Origin: Rhynchopus sp. YZ270_cl-10
Taxonomy: Eukaryota
NCBI GenBank assembly: GCA_964035575.1
Contig: OZ037839.1
Coordinates: 1,426,001 to 1,490,000, forward strand
Direction of reading: 5' to 3'
Length of the DNA stretch: 64,000 bases
Notes under the pieces: generated by a model
The model's database searches: none
What the model was told of the DNA's origin: nothing
Seen by the model: only the letters and a program-made list of their open reading frames with translations
In this document: positions 11,438-23,712 of the stretch, one piece after another
How positions within the stretch are numbered: the stretch's first letter is position 1
Layout of the letters: each line of letters starts with the position of its first letter
Translations under genes and position numbers: made by a program

Positions 11438-12150
11438 AAACTTTTCTCTGTTTTAGGTGACAGACTAAGCGCAAAGCTGAGGGTCATTGTTACCAATATT
11501 TTTTTTTTTTTGCGCATCATGAGATTATAAATTTTTGTGACTGTGTTTGAGTTTTCCCCCACCCCATATTATATTTTTTTACGCAGCATGTGGCTCAGGT
11601 TCATCTTATATCTTTTTTTAGATAAATTGTTGGAGTAGTGTAGTTGCCTCGGTTGTGTTGTCACAGTTGTGCAATATCCACTGTGGTTTTTTTCTTTTCC
11701 TTTTTGTTTTTGAAGAAGCTGATGCAACCCTTCATCTTTCTTTAAACCCCCCCTTTTGTACCACAACATAAATACAAAAAACTTGAAGATGAGAATTTTT
11801 CAATCACAAACAACATCACAAGTTTGGAGCCATTCGAGAAGGTGTACCAAGAGGTAACCCTGTCACCGGAGATACTATTTAGTGTATGTGCACAGCACCT
11901 TACTGAGGGAAATACCCCCCAAAAAAAAGCACAAAACGTCGAGATCTCGAAAAAAAAGGCCAGATTCTCTTCTCGCTCGCACCGTGATCTTTTTACGACT
12001 GTATTTTAAGGATTCCCTGTGAAAAGAAATTCGTGGCTTGCTATCTTGTGGTAGTCTAAAATCAAAACGAAACATTTCTTTCTCATGACACCTTATTTTT
12101 TTGCATTAGCGTAGACAGCTTCCCTTGTCTCACTCTTCTGTTTGTGATTT

Positions 12151-12191
12151 TCATCCGGGGCTGGCATCGTACGTGGGTCAGTCGGAGGTGC
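12151..12191 (+). repeat. Dispersed hairpin repeat family D (GGCTGGCATCGTACGTGGGTCAGTCGGAGGTGC)
   Basis: Other copies at about 16648-16691 and 17375-17414, same strand. Confidence 0.75.
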
Positions 12192-12347
12192 ATCAACAAC
12201 TTCAATTTTTTATAATCATTTTCCCCCCATTTCACCTATGCCCTCAATTTGAATGCATCTGTTGAAATGCTTATTATTTTCCCCATATTTTTCCAGGCGA
12301 AGCCCTACAAGGCCTAGGTTCATCTTTCCACTCTTTCTTCTTTTTTA

Positions 12348-14404
12348 GGGTGAAAGTCAAATGTATACACATATACACAGGGTTATAGTCAGATCTATAC
12401 ACTCATTGTATATACAATTGTCAATTGTACATACAATTGTATAGAAATTGTATAGATCTGACTATTTGATGTACAATCCCAACTTTTTTTATAGTCAGAT
12501 CTATACAATTTATGTACAATCCCAGTATACACTAGGTCGTACACAAATTGTATAGATTTGACTATACAAAAGTCATATCTATACAATTTTTGGATTGTAC
12601 ACTCGAGGGAGATTGTACACGCCATACCCAGGTACCCAGGTACCCAGGTACCCAGGTACCCAGGTACCCAGGTACCCAGGTACCCAGGTACCCAGGTACC
12701 CAGGTACCCAGGTACCCAGGTACCCAGGTACCCAGGTACCCAGGTACCCAGGTACCCAGGTACCCAGGTACCCAGGTACCCAGGTACCCAGGTACCCAGG
12801 TACCCAGGTACCCAGGTACCCAGGTACCCAGGTACCCAGGTACACGGTACACTGGATACAAGGATAAAAGTCGTGAAAGAGCAACCACAGCCAACCCGCC
12901 AGTCACTGAAAAGTGACCAGACAGTCCACTTGACAAACACAAAAGTGTCCAGTCACGTGGGGCATTCATGCACTGAGGAGATAATGATCCAACAATTCAC
13001 AAGAAAGATTACTTAACCTACTGCTGGAAATTGCCAGGTCGTAGTAACACACAAAGTGTGCCTCCGTTCGGGAATATCGGAGTTATAGAGTCCTAAAAGG
13101 CCTCTGCCGCTAGTCAAGGTATAACCGAATGAACGGCCCAAGACCCCCGTGGAGAAGTTAAATGTTGTAATGATTTCAAGTAAAATGCGACCACTGTCTT
13201 ACCCTCCTCAATGCATGGTGGAAGATGTCTTTCACAACAAATATCCTGTACCCAGGTACCCAAATTCCCAAACCCACGCAGTGGCACATGACCGCAAGTG
13301 TGAGTGACCCACACATGAGGGAATGCGACACTACGCAAAATTTACCACCAGACCCTGTCTTCGTGCACCTGAAGTACAACGCCGCAGACAGGCCAAACAT
13401 GCGTTGGACTCAGAGGAATGCCCGCTGTGCAGGTATCAAACATGAGAACCAACTCCCAGCAACAAGGGGCGCCTTTTGGCGGGCGTTGTTGAGGGTGTTT
13501 GGGGTGCAAAGTTTTCCACAATTTTGATGCGCGGGTACAGAAGTGTTGTCTTGTTCTTTCATCTCTGGGAATGTAAATGTCAATCGCGTTTAACTACCAC
13601 GAGGGCTTGTTCAGTGAACCCACAAGGGGTCGAAGGGGGTTGGTTATCCCATATCTATCAAAGGTTGTGTCGACCAGGCGAATCCACTATGTTACGCTGT
13701 ACGTTGTTAAATCCGAAGAAATAACGCTTTAGCAGCCGCAGGAAGTAAGTAGTGCCTCACGCTACACAAACCACCACCCACAATTGACTTAGATGTTATA
13801 ACAAAGAGAATTCAGAACAAAACAACACCCTGCCCCATACACACTAAATTGTCATGCTTCAAGAGCATGCCTGGGCCAAAATTACTATGACGAAAAGGCA
13901 ACAAGACCACCCACAAGGAGTGTGAAATGTGCGCTGGTTTTTTGGGGGAACGCAATATTTTCTTGTGTCTAGTCCTCCACAAGCAGAGGACAGACTTTCC
14001 GGAAGGTTTCCAAAGTCGAATTTCTTGCACTAGCTATGCTCCCTGGGTTAAATGGCAATAGCAGTGACTGACTTCTGAGAAAAATCGGGTGTGCGAAACC
14101 CAATTTCCATTTTTTGTGTATAGTCCTGTAGGGGTGGGTGTGTGTGTGGGTAGGTGGGTAGGTGGGTGGGTGTACTCTAAACTGTTTTCCACTATGGGTA
14201 GGGATTTGTGTACGACCTAGTGTATACCGGGATTGTACATAAATTGTATAGATCTGACTATAAAAAAAGTTGGGATTGTACATCAAATAGTCAGATCTAT
14301 ACAATTTCTATACAATTGTATGTACAATTGACAATTGTATATACAATGAGTGTATAGATCTGACTATAACCCTGTGTATATGTGTATACATTTGACTTTC
14401 ACCC
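12348..14404. mobile_element. Non-autonomous MULE/Mutator-type element
   Basis: About 200-bp near-perfect TIRs starting GGGTGAAAGTCAAATG (12348-12548 / 14204-14404). Perfect 9-bp TSD TCTTTTTTA (12339-12347, 14405-14413). Long G-initiated TIRs with a 9-bp TSD are typical of MULEs. No intact ORF; WECKC..C near 13567 is at best a weak SWIM-like remnant. Confidence 0.88.
12625..12843. repeat. Perfect 8-bp tandem repeat (TACCCAGG)n, about 27 copies, inside the MULE-type element
   Basis: Read directly; explains the YPGTQVPR-type spurious ORFs. Confidence 0.98.
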
Positions 14405-17012
14405 TCTTTTTTATATTAGCGAAAACCTACACAAAGGTACATTTTTTTTTTTTGTTCTGTTCTGTTCTGTTTAGTGATGTGTCTGTGAAACACATTCATC
14501 CGTTTTTCTTCTTTTCTTTGTAAGGTGTTTATGAGCGAGGCTTTCATCTGACAGTTGGACAAAGTAATATTGACGACCAAAAAAAGTTGCCTATTGCAAG
14601 AAAACCCCAAATCCGCCAATATTTTTTGGTCTTCAAGTTTCTTGCCCAACTGTAGCTACTATCTCTTTGGGCATGAGTGGTCTGATCGCCCGCATAGTAT
14701 ACGTAAATACTTTCTGAAGACTTTCTAAAAAAGCTTGCGCTCCGATCACACCAGTTCACACTTTTTTCAGCTGTTCTCTTTCCTCAAACCCGCAAACTAG
14801 AAAATTTGGAACTTAGACTGTGTTGACAGCGGTTACTGTGTGTATGTGTTTGCTAGCGGGTGTGGGTTATTCTATAGTAGTCCACTGTGTGTGTTGTTTG
14901 AAAGCAGTGGGTGGTTCTTAAGAGGGGAACATTGCCCAAGATATGTGTGTTTAAACATCCATGTTTGGAGTGCTCCCTAGGTGCGGAATATGGCCCAAAT
15001 GGGCATGTGACACAGTGTGTTGAAAGCAAAGTAGTACGTAGTAGGTAGTGCCTCAAAGTGGAAGACATGGCCCCAGTTGTGTGTGTGTTTTGATAACTAA
15101 TAGGGGGGTAATTCTTGCGCAGGATAGGGCCTCAATGTGTGTGTGTTTAACATTAGTGTCTGGGTAATTCCAACAGATGCGGAATATGCCCAATGTGTGT
15201 CCCTGCGCAAAAGAGAGGCACGTTCATCTTTTTGGCTTTCTTTTTTATTAATCTTGATGTGTGTGTACGTTGATGCGTCTTACAATCGTTGTTTTTCTTA
15301 ACCCCGCCTTTTTTTGCATTAAAGTCAATATTATTGTGCCTACATCGTAGGTCACAGTAGATTAAAATAACTCCGACATGTCTTGTAAATATCCTAGTCT
15401 TCAGATGACATAGGAAGAGAACCCGCTTCTTGACGAATCGTTAATACAACAAAGGGAAAATCACGAAAAAAGGAGTGCTATTTTGCGTGGTGGCTGACCC
15501 CGTTTTTTTTTTCTCCAGATTTTCAAAGTAATGGGAAGCACAGGCTAAGGTTCGTCTTATAAGCTTTTCTTGTGCTCTCATCCTGGACATCGGTCGGTAA
15601 ACGAAACAACTTCTTTTTTTGTTTTTTTTTTTTTGTTTTTAAATTGGGTGCATTTGAAAGCAGTGTTGTGTAGTTCCGAAGAGTGAAGTTTTGCCCATTG
15701 TGTGCGTTTGATAACTTGATAGGGGCAATTCTTGCGCAGAATATGGCCACTATGTGTGTGTGTGTGTGTGCACGTGTGTGTGTTTTTGAAAACTTAATGG
15801 CACCCTATTGCGTGCTGACAACAGACCAAGGGACATAACGCTTCACGAGAGGTGACTATGCACATGGGGCTTAGGTTCACCTCTGCAACCTTTCTTTTCT
15901 TTTCTTTTCTTAGAATTCTACAAAAAATAAAATAAATAAATCAAAGTTTCTTGATCCCCTTCTTTTCAACCTATATGAAAAATACCCTCCCCCTTTTCCT
16001 TCTGTATACTACTTTGGGATACTCTTGTTGTGCTTTTTGTTTATTTTGTTATTTTCCTTTTCTTTGTAATTTTATTCTCCTGGTACGGGTCATCTGGGCA
16101 AGCGTCGCTCAACCAATGATACGTGGACGCCGTTTTTTATTACGCCAGATACAAGTTAGAATATCACGTTTTCGTTTTCTTTTCAGCTGATTTTCCTTTT
16201 CTAGTGTTTGTCGACCAGTGGTTGTTTCTCGGTAACTGATCATTATTTGAATTCACCACGACTCTTTGGTCCCTGTTCATGTCGGTTCTTGGTCCTTGTA
16301 CTTTTTAGGGCTGCGTGCTTTATATACTACTTATATGTAGTTATGTATTTTCCAAGTGGACCCGACTACCCGATGTTTTACATCATTTTCTTTTACTTTT
16401 AATCCTACCTTTTAGCGAAAAACACTCCCACCCTCCCCAATACAGAAATCTGTTTTTGTCCCCAGACTGCCCCCCTGTTTTGGATACGGAGTGCCTTTTG
16501 TTTTAAATAAAAAGTAATTTATTGCTTTTATCTATTCAAAAAAAAATATTTATTTATCAAAAACCCCCTTTTCCTTCTCTGGTGCCTGCTGTCCGTGGAG
16601 GTGTCCGTCATTTCAGTTGGTTTTTTTCTTGCATTTTTTTTCGTGCTTTCATCCAGATGGCTGGCATCGTACGTGGGTCAGTCGGAGGTGCCTGCATTAA
16701 TAACTACAGTTTTTTTTCTAAGTAAGAGAAACCCGAACGGAGTGGGAACGTTAGTGAGAGCGATAGTGGGAACGCAACGAGCTTTTTTTCATAATGTTTT
16801 ATTCTTCCCCACAAAATATCACGCGCAGAGAAACACTCGTTTTTTTTTTTCCACACAGCGCGTCCGTTGGTTGTATTAGTGTAGCCACCCTTGAGTGTGA
16901 TCCACTTTATTTCTTCTTTTTTTTCTTTTGTTATGATACACCCAACACCGGACACAGGCTCCTTAAGACAGAAACCTTAGATAGATTGGTGTTTATTGTT
17001 GAAATGTTAGTA

Positions 17013-17112
17013 CCGTATTCGTAAAAATTATCGACCGTAATAATGTTCGACCTTTTCAGAATTTTTCTGGAAGTTCAACCTTTTTTACGGCCAAACATTT
17101 TTACGAATACGG
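17013..17112. mobile_element. Second copy (inverted) of the 100-bp CCGTATTCG MITE
   Basis: Same TIR as 8476-8578, interior is its reverse complement, TA on the left side. Confidence 0.75.
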
Positions 17113-18509
17113 AAATATAATCTTGTTCACATTCTTCATGTTGTATTGACGTGAACAACGCAGACGCATCAATGGAACAATGATTATCATGTGACCCAAT
17201 AGACACCTAAGCACCCGAGACATAGACGACTTATCAACCCTTTCTTTGCAAGGGGTGCGATCAACGAAAAAAAAAGAAGAAAAAAAAAAAAAAAAAAAAC
17301 AGCAATTTCTGATTTCGTTTCTTTCTTTATTAGAGTAGCTTAAAACTCAGATGTCAGTTTATATTTTGCCTTGCATTCATAGGGCTGGCATCGTACAGGT
17401 CAAGTCGGAGGTGCCACCCTATCAATAGATACTGTTTCGCAGGGCGGGTCCAACAAAAATACATGGAGTAAACGCTTGAGTAGGTGGTTAGGTGAGAGGA
17501 CATATCAGGGGTCCTAAGAGTGGTAACTTTTACCACTTCTGAAGTGACCTTTTTTTATTTTATTTTTTGAAATCCGAAGGTCGCTTCGAAGTGACCTTCG
17601 AAAAGTGCCCTGGTGAGAAGACATAACATCTATGTCTTGTGCCAATGTTATACACAGCAAGACCCCTGACTATATGGGTTCGTCCCAGCCTGGAGTCATC
17701 ACGCTTGCGTAAGCTCCTTAAAGGGCAAAACAGTCGGGAAGACACGGTGGTGAAAACATGGTAGTTTTGTTTTGTTTTTTTTTGTTCCATGCCTGTATTT
17801 GCGAGGTCCAGGTTCATCTTATAAAGCCTTAATTTTAAACATCTCCCTCTCTAACAGAATAGGAACATAAAACGGAACCAGGTCAGGGCTGGTGGTTTTT
17901 CTCTTTTTTTTTGTTGCACAAAAGAAAAACCATGTAGTGCTGGGCGATACAATTGAACTCTTTTAGATTGTGTGCATTCATTGTTCAAGTTTTGCATTTT
18001 TAGTGTTATTTTTGCAAAGCATTGCAAAAAGGAAATAGAATCGACAGAAGGTGCGTGCCTGCAAATTGTCTTTCATTCGGTGTTATTTTATCACACTCAC
18101 TCACAGCGAAGAAAAAGAAAAAGAAAAAAAAAGTAGAGGTAAAAAGGGTTTTCATAAAGCTGCTCAAGGGTTCAGGACGACTGACGTCTATACCTTCCGT
18201 AGTACAAAAGGCTTTCTGCCAACAATGAGTACCTATTAGCCCCAAGTGGGTTCTTAGGCGATTGTCGACACAGCAAAAAACACAACAAATTTGCCGCCCG
18301 ATGGGATCTGTGTTCGGGGGTAGTTCCCAATAAAAAATGGACATGGTATTTCTCCTTTTTTTTTGCAAAATGAATTATCTTGATCTTGATCACTTTTTGT
18401 TTCCTCAGAGAAGAAAGGCACGGCTGCACTGGACGCTTTGGCTTAAAACAACAGCACAACACAACACAGCAACACAACAAAAGATATTCTGTGGACACAA
18501 CAAAAGACA

Positions 18510-21500
18510 ATGCTGCGCGCATGCTTGGCAGCGCTGCTGTGTGTAAGCACGGAGGCACACATCATGACGGTGTGCTCTTCACAGTCAGAGGCGCAGCCTG
18601 GCTTCGTCACCCTCTGGTTTGCAACGTATCACTCCTACACTGAGACGGACAGGACATCTGTGCTCAAGGTTGTGGACCCAGAGAGTGGTAAGCACTACAG
18701 CACAACCGACTTCCAGTCCTGCAGGGCGACGAACAACAACAGAAACGTGGACGACATTGCGGACGTCTTGCAAAGCTCCTGCAGTCACATCTCCCTGTAT
18801 CTGGACGGCGCATATCGCCAGGCCTTCCCTCACAACAGCAGCGTGGCCTGCTACCAATCAGGCACAACTGCCCGTCTCGGTGAGATTAGGGCCGGCGACG
18901 ATTCTCTTGAAGTGTGTTACTCCGGAAGCACTTTCAACTCGTGGCATGCTGCAATTGTGAAGGCAGACAGCTTCGATGAGCACGAGGTGTGGATTGACGG
19001 CAGTCCCAGCAACGGCGCAGCACCACTCGCTGCGACGTGGAACTCACACGAATCACACATGCCGTGTACGATGTCTAGCTCAGTGCACTGGATCCTGCCC
19101 TTCCCAGACCTGACCACACGTTGCTCGTCGCCTCCTGCACACCTGCTTGACCACGTGCTGCCGGGTTACGATTGTAGTAATTATTACGCCGGACAAATCT
19201 GTTCTGTGGAGTGCGAGCCTGGGTACGCAACACAGGGAGTTCTGCAGTGTGAAAACACGAACAGCACGAACGACACAGGAGTGGGCGAGTGGTCGTCGTC
19301 GTTTGCTTGTGTGTCGTACGCTTCTGACGCGCCGCCCACACGTGCACCTGGTGTGAAATTCATCTGTGAGGAGCACAACGACCTGGGGGACACTGAGACT
19401 GGGAACGTGACCTTTCAGAACTACGACAACCACCACACGGAGTGCTGGCACATTGAGTGTGACAAGGATGTTGTCATCTCGTTCTCAAACCTGCAGCTGT
19501 ACTCTGGAACCTACCTGTACCTGTACAGCTCAGGGAACAATACTGGAAATGGAACAGACTTCGCCTTGGAGAAAAGATTTGCCTCATGGGACAGTGCCAT
19601 GGATGTTGTGTTGAGTGGTTCTGCGTTTGTGCAGTTTCAAAGCAACTACGACGCCGGATGGTCAAGACTTTCCTTCAACTACGTGTGCGTAGACGCGACC
19701 ACTCCAGCACCACCCACAGATGTGCCGCCCACACGTGCACCTGGTGTGAACTACCCCTGCGAAGAGCACAACGACCTGGGGGACAATGAGACTGGGAACG
19801 TGAGCTTTCAGAACTACTACTACCGTACGGAGTGCTGGCACATTGAGTGTGACAAGGATGTTGTCATCTCGTTCTCCACCATGCAGCTGTCTTACCAAGC
19901 CACCCTGACCCTGTACACAGGGGACGATTCTGGAAATGAAACAGACTTCACCTTGGAGAAGAGCTTCAGTTCATACGACTATAGTACCGCGGATGTTGTG
20001 CTAAACGGTTCTGCGTTTGTGCAGTTTAGAAGTGTTAGCTACTGGGGGTGGTCAAGACTTGAGTTCAACTACATCTGCGTGGATGCGACCACTCCAGCAC
20101 CACCCACAGATGTGCCGGATACACGTGCACCTGGTGTGATCTACTTCTGTGAGGAGCACAACGACCTGGGGAACAATGAGACTGGGCACGTGAGCTTTCA
20201 GAACTACGACAGGTACCACACGGAGTGCTGGCACATTGAGTGTGACAAGGATGTTGTCATCTCGTTCTCCACCATGCAGCTGTACACCTATTCCTACCTG
20301 TACCTGTACACAGGAAGTGAGTCCGAGAACGGCACAGACTTCGACTTGCAGCATTCGTACCGGTACAATGCGGGCGGCCCAGCTAACGATATTGTACTTC
20401 ACGGTTCTGCATTTTTGCAGTTCAGAAGCGGTTACTACAGCGGGTGGTCAAGACTTGAGTTCGACTACGTGTGTGTGGATGCGACGAGTCCAGCACCACC
20501 CACAGATGTGCCGAACACACGTGCACCTGGTGTGAACTACGTCTGTGAGGACCACAACGACCTGGGGGACGCTGAGACTGGGAACGTGAGCTTTCAGAAC
20601 TACGAGAGGTACCACACGGAGTGCTGGCACATTGAGTGTGACAGGGATGTTGTCATCTCGTTCTCAAACCTGCAGCTGTACTACTATTCCTACCTGTACC
20701 TGTATACAGGAAGTGAGTCCGAGAACGGCACAGACTTCGACCAGCAGCGCTTGTACCGGTACGGTCAGGGCACCCCAGATTACGATATTGTACTGCACGG
20801 TTCTGCGTTTGTGCAATTCAGAAGCACTTACTACAACGGTTGGTCAAGACTTTCCTTCAACTACGTGTGTGTGGACGCGACCACTGAGGCACCACCCACA
20901 GATGCGCCGACTACACGTGCACCTGGTGTGCAGCACGTCTGTGAGGACCACAACGACCGGACAGGCACTGGGTACGAGAACCTCGAGAACACTAGAAGCT
21001 ATTACACGCATTGCTGGCACATTGAGTGTGATTACGACGTTGTGCTCAAGTTCTCTGACCTTGAGCTGTACTACTATTCCTACGTGTCTATCTACAGCTC
21101 AGAGTACGGGAGTGGGAACGACACAGACTTCAACTTGGAGCATGAGTGGTCCTCGCGTACCTCCGGCGTAGAAGGCGTGGAGATTGTGGTGCGTGGTTCT
21201 GCGTTTGTGCAGTTCAGAAGCACTTACTACAACGGGAGGTCGTACCTTGCCTTCCAGTACGAATGCAGAGCGCCGACACCTCCTCCACAGCCGCATTGTG
21301 GGGTGGCTGACACAGTGCCACAACGTTGCGGGCGCGGGACGTCGCGTGCGTGTGCATTTGAGGTGAGACACCCTGCAGGACTGCTGTCGGTGGCGTTCTC
21401 GTGGGACGGACGTCGTGTGGCGACAGGGTCAGCAGACCGTTTTGTGCGTGTGTTTGACGCACGCACGGGTGTGCGGGTGGGACAGCTGGGCTGTGCAGAC

Positions 21501-22268
21501 GGCTTCAGGGTGCACGACATTGCGTTCTCGCCAGACAACAACCTGGTGGCGCTTGCTGGGGAGGGCGGGCGTGTGGTTGTGTGCGACGCTGCGACAGGTG
21601 TGCTGGAGGCAACCCTGGTGGACATGTCTGCATCTGAGAGCACACCTGTGCGCCGTGTGGAGTTCACGAAGGACGGGCGCTACGTGGTGAGCGGGGGTGG
21701 ACATGATGCACGCACACGTGTGTTCGACATGCACTCATCGGACAGGGCGAAGGCGTCGTCTGTGATCAACCACCATGCACGCAACGTGGGGTTCTCTGTG
21801 GACGGTGCACACCTTGCGACAGTGCGCGGGTCTGAGGTGGACGAGGTGACGACTGTGTGGAGGCTGGATGGGGTGGCGTCTGCTGTTGAGCTTCCCTCTG
21901 TGAGTGCACGTGTGACGGCACTGTCCTTCTCGTCCTTTGGTGGGAACGCGCTCCTGCGTGGGATGAGCGACGGGACGATCCTTGTGTCGCAGCTGCCCGG
22001 AAGCTCGATTGGTGACGGCAGTGCTGTGGACGGTGTGTCTCTGAGGATGCTGTCGGGAGCTGTGCACGACAGCAAGTTCTCACGCGACGGGAAGATGATT
22101 GCTGCTGTGGGCGAGGGTGAGGTGATGGTGTGGTCGCACGACGGGTCTGTGCTGCACGAGCTGCTGGGACACTCGCAGGCTGTACTGCCACGCCTGGACT
22201 TCTCCCCCGATGGCACACGCCTGGCAACTGTGAGCCGTGACGGCACCCTTGTGGTGTGGAAGCTGTGA
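18510..22268 (+). CDS. Secreted multidomain protein: signal peptide, Cys-rich N-domain, sushi/CCP-like module, 5 CUB-like repeats with PT linkers, C-terminal WD40 propeller (paralog 1)
   Basis: 1252-aa ORF. MLRACLAALLCVSTEA signal. CSVECEPGYATQGVLQC...W..SFAC. ~130-aa repeats (NY..HTECWHIEC..DVVISFS..QL...YLYLY...AFVQFRS...GWS...F.YVC). WD40 motifs (SVAFSWDGRRVATGSADRFVRVFD; LDFSPDGTRLATVSRDGTLVVW). Confidence 0.88.
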   Translation: MLRACLAALLCVSTEAHIMTVCSSQSEAQPGFVTLWFATYHSYTETDRTSVLKVVDPESGKHYSTTDFQSCRATNNNRNVDDIADVLQSSCSHISLYLDGAYRQAFPHNSSVACYQSGTTARLGEIRAGDDSLEVCYSGSTFNSWHAAIVKADSFDEHEVWIDGSPSNGAAPLAATWNSHESHMPCTMSSSVHWILPFPDLTTRCSSPPAHLLDHVLPGYDCSNYYAGQICSVECEPGYATQGVLQCENTNSTNDTGVGEWSSSFACVSYASDAPPTRAPGVKFICEEHNDLGDTETGNVTFQNYDNHHTECWHIECDKDVVISFSNLQLYSGTYLYLYSSGNNTGNGTDFALEKRFASWDSAMDVVLSGSAFVQFQSNYDAGWSRLSFNYVCVDATTPAPPTDVPPTRAPGVNYPCEEHNDLGDNETGNVSFQNYYYRTECWHIECDKDVVISFSTMQLSYQATLTLYTGDDSGNETDFTLEKSFSSYDYSTADVVLNGSAFVQFRSVSYWGWSRLEFNYICVDATTPAPPTDVPDTRAPGVIYFCEEHNDLGNNETGHVSFQNYDRYHTECWHIECDKDVVISFSTMQLYTYSYLYLYTGSESENGTDFDLQHSYRYNAGGPANDIVLHGSAFLQFRSGYYSGWSRLEFDYVCVDATSPAPPTDVPNTRAPGVNYVCEDHNDLGDAETGNVSFQNYERYHTECWHIECDRDVVISFSNLQLYYYSYLYLYTGSESENGTDFDQQRLYRYGQGTPDYDIVLHGSAFVQFRSTYYNGWSRLSFNYVCVDATTEAPPTDAPTTRAPGVQHVCEDHNDRTGTGYENLENTRSYYTHCWHIECDYDVVLKFSDLELYYYSYVSIYSSEYGSGNDTDFNLEHEWSSRTSGVEGVEIVVRGSAFVQFRSTYYNGRSYLAFQYECRAPTPPPQPHCGVADTVPQRCGRGTSRACAFEVRHPAGLLSVAFSWDGRRVATGSADRFVRVFDARTGVRVGQLGCADGFRVHDIAFSPDNNLVALAGEGGRVVVCDAATGVLEATLVDMSASESTPVRRVEFTKDGRYVVSGGGHDARTRVFDMHSSDRAKASSVINHHARNVGFSVDGAHLATVRGSEVDEVTTVWRLDGVASAVELPSVSARVTALSFSSFGGNALLRGMSDGTILVSQLPGSSIGDGSAVDGVSLRMLSGAVHDSKFSRDGKMIAAVGEGEVMVWSHDGSVLHELLGHSQAVLPRLDFSPDGTRLATVSRDGTLVVWKL

Positions 22269-23662
22269 GCATGCATGCTGCGTGATAGGTGCTTCGTTTC
22301 CTCTTGGGGGCAGATTACATTACTTATCATCCTGTAGTCAGTTTCTATTTCCAACCAACTATTTGCGTACCATTACCCTTTGCATAAGAATGTCGGACAT
22401 GAAAGGTCCCTATTCAGCCCCAACATTTCCCAAATAGTCCCAACTTTTTTCCGGTTTCCGAGCTTTTTAATGTTTCCGAGCACTTGGGGGGGTTTTTTGC
22501 GTTCCCCCTCCCCACACGTAGAAACCTCTTTTGTCCCCAGTCATCCCCAGTTTTGGACCTAAAGTGTTCCTTTGTTTTAAAAAGAAATTGGTTTTTACTT
22601 ATTTCTAGAATAACCCCCCCCTCTCGCGGGACAATGTTTTATTTTATTGTGGGGGTGGGGGATTTAAATAAAATACTCAAGATACTGCTGTACACCCTAC
22701 ACTCTCTCGAACAGAAAATAGCAAACCACACCACGCTTTGTCAGGCTTCGTTGTATCTGAGGCAACGGCACTCACACGGTATCTCCGCTCAAAGTATAGT
22801 TTCTTGGATAGCGGAAACGAAAAAAAAAGAATTATCGTTGGGGAAAAAAAAATGTGCTTTCCCTATGGTACCTCAGTATCTGCAGAGTCACGACAGCCCC
22901 CCCCAGAGTTTTTTTTTTAGGGGGGGTTTCACCCCCTCTCACGATTTTTTTTTTTTTGAGTTTTTTGGGGAGGTGAGCAATGCTTGCGACCGGCCTGGGT
23001 GATTCAAGGAGCAAGCTCGATGTCGGGTGTCGAGCGCCGATGGAGGACGGAGTTAGAGGGTGGACGTGTTTTCCAAAGACTATAAAATACAAGTGTTTTC
23101 TAGCATTTGACGGACGGTGCTCGCAGAACCCAATGAGGAATGAGAAAAAGGATGTGGCGAAATAATAAAAGTAGCGTACCATGCGCCTGCGGCGCAAATT
23201 AGCACCCCACTCTTCCCATGATATGGTACTGGTTGCTGACTTGTTTCTTATATTATCTTCTATCTGGTCCCTTTACCTTACACTCATTTTGACCAAAACC
23301 AAGAACTTTCCCATTTCGTCAAATTGACCCCACCACAGCGCGGATGGATTCCAAAACCCCCACAAACTACCAGGGTTTTCGCGCGCGAAGCGCGCGAAAT
23401 TTATTTTGACCAAACATTTCACCCCCCCCCTAAGCTCAAAAAAACCGGTCCCTGAAAAAACCTCTGCCCCCGTAAAAAAAAAAACCTACGGGAAAACCCC
23501 CCCCCCAAGTATATCACTCTTTATCAAAACAAAGCAAAAATCCACATACACACCCCAAAAGGGTACCGACCGCGTATTATGGTAGGCTAATTAAAGTCTG
23601 CACCGTCAAATGAATTTCACCTTGAAACAACCAAAAATTTAAAAAGAAGAAAAAAAAATGTA

Positions 23663-23712
23663 TGGTGGAGTTCATCCTCGGGTGTCTACACTAATACAAC
23701 CAAGTTTTCAAA
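23663..23712 (+). repeat. Representative of dispersed repeat family C (GTGGAGTTCATCCTCGGGTGTCTACACTAATACAACCAAGTTTTC + A tail)
   Basis: Copies at about 4154, 31566, 41223, 53820, 60129; degenerate copies at about 3590 and 53760. All on the + strand. Confidence 0.85.

Noticed and set aside
12395..13016. Six overlapping YPGTQVPR/VPGYLGTW ORFs
   Set aside because: Artefact of the 8-bp tandem repeat.
21311..21317. CACAGTG inside paralog 1, suggesting RAG-like rearrangement of the CUB arrays
   Set aside because: Single occurrence, changed to TACAGTG in paralog 2, no nonamer, not at repeat boundaries; expected by chance.
21340..22268. WD40 propeller as a RAG2 equivalent
   Set aside because: Lies outside the TIRs, is WD40 rather than kelch, and is part of a signal-peptide protein.
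22483..23508. Possible TIR element with CTTGGGGGGGTTTT ends
   Set aside because: The match is mostly homopolymer and the flanks (CA / TA) do not give a clean TSD.
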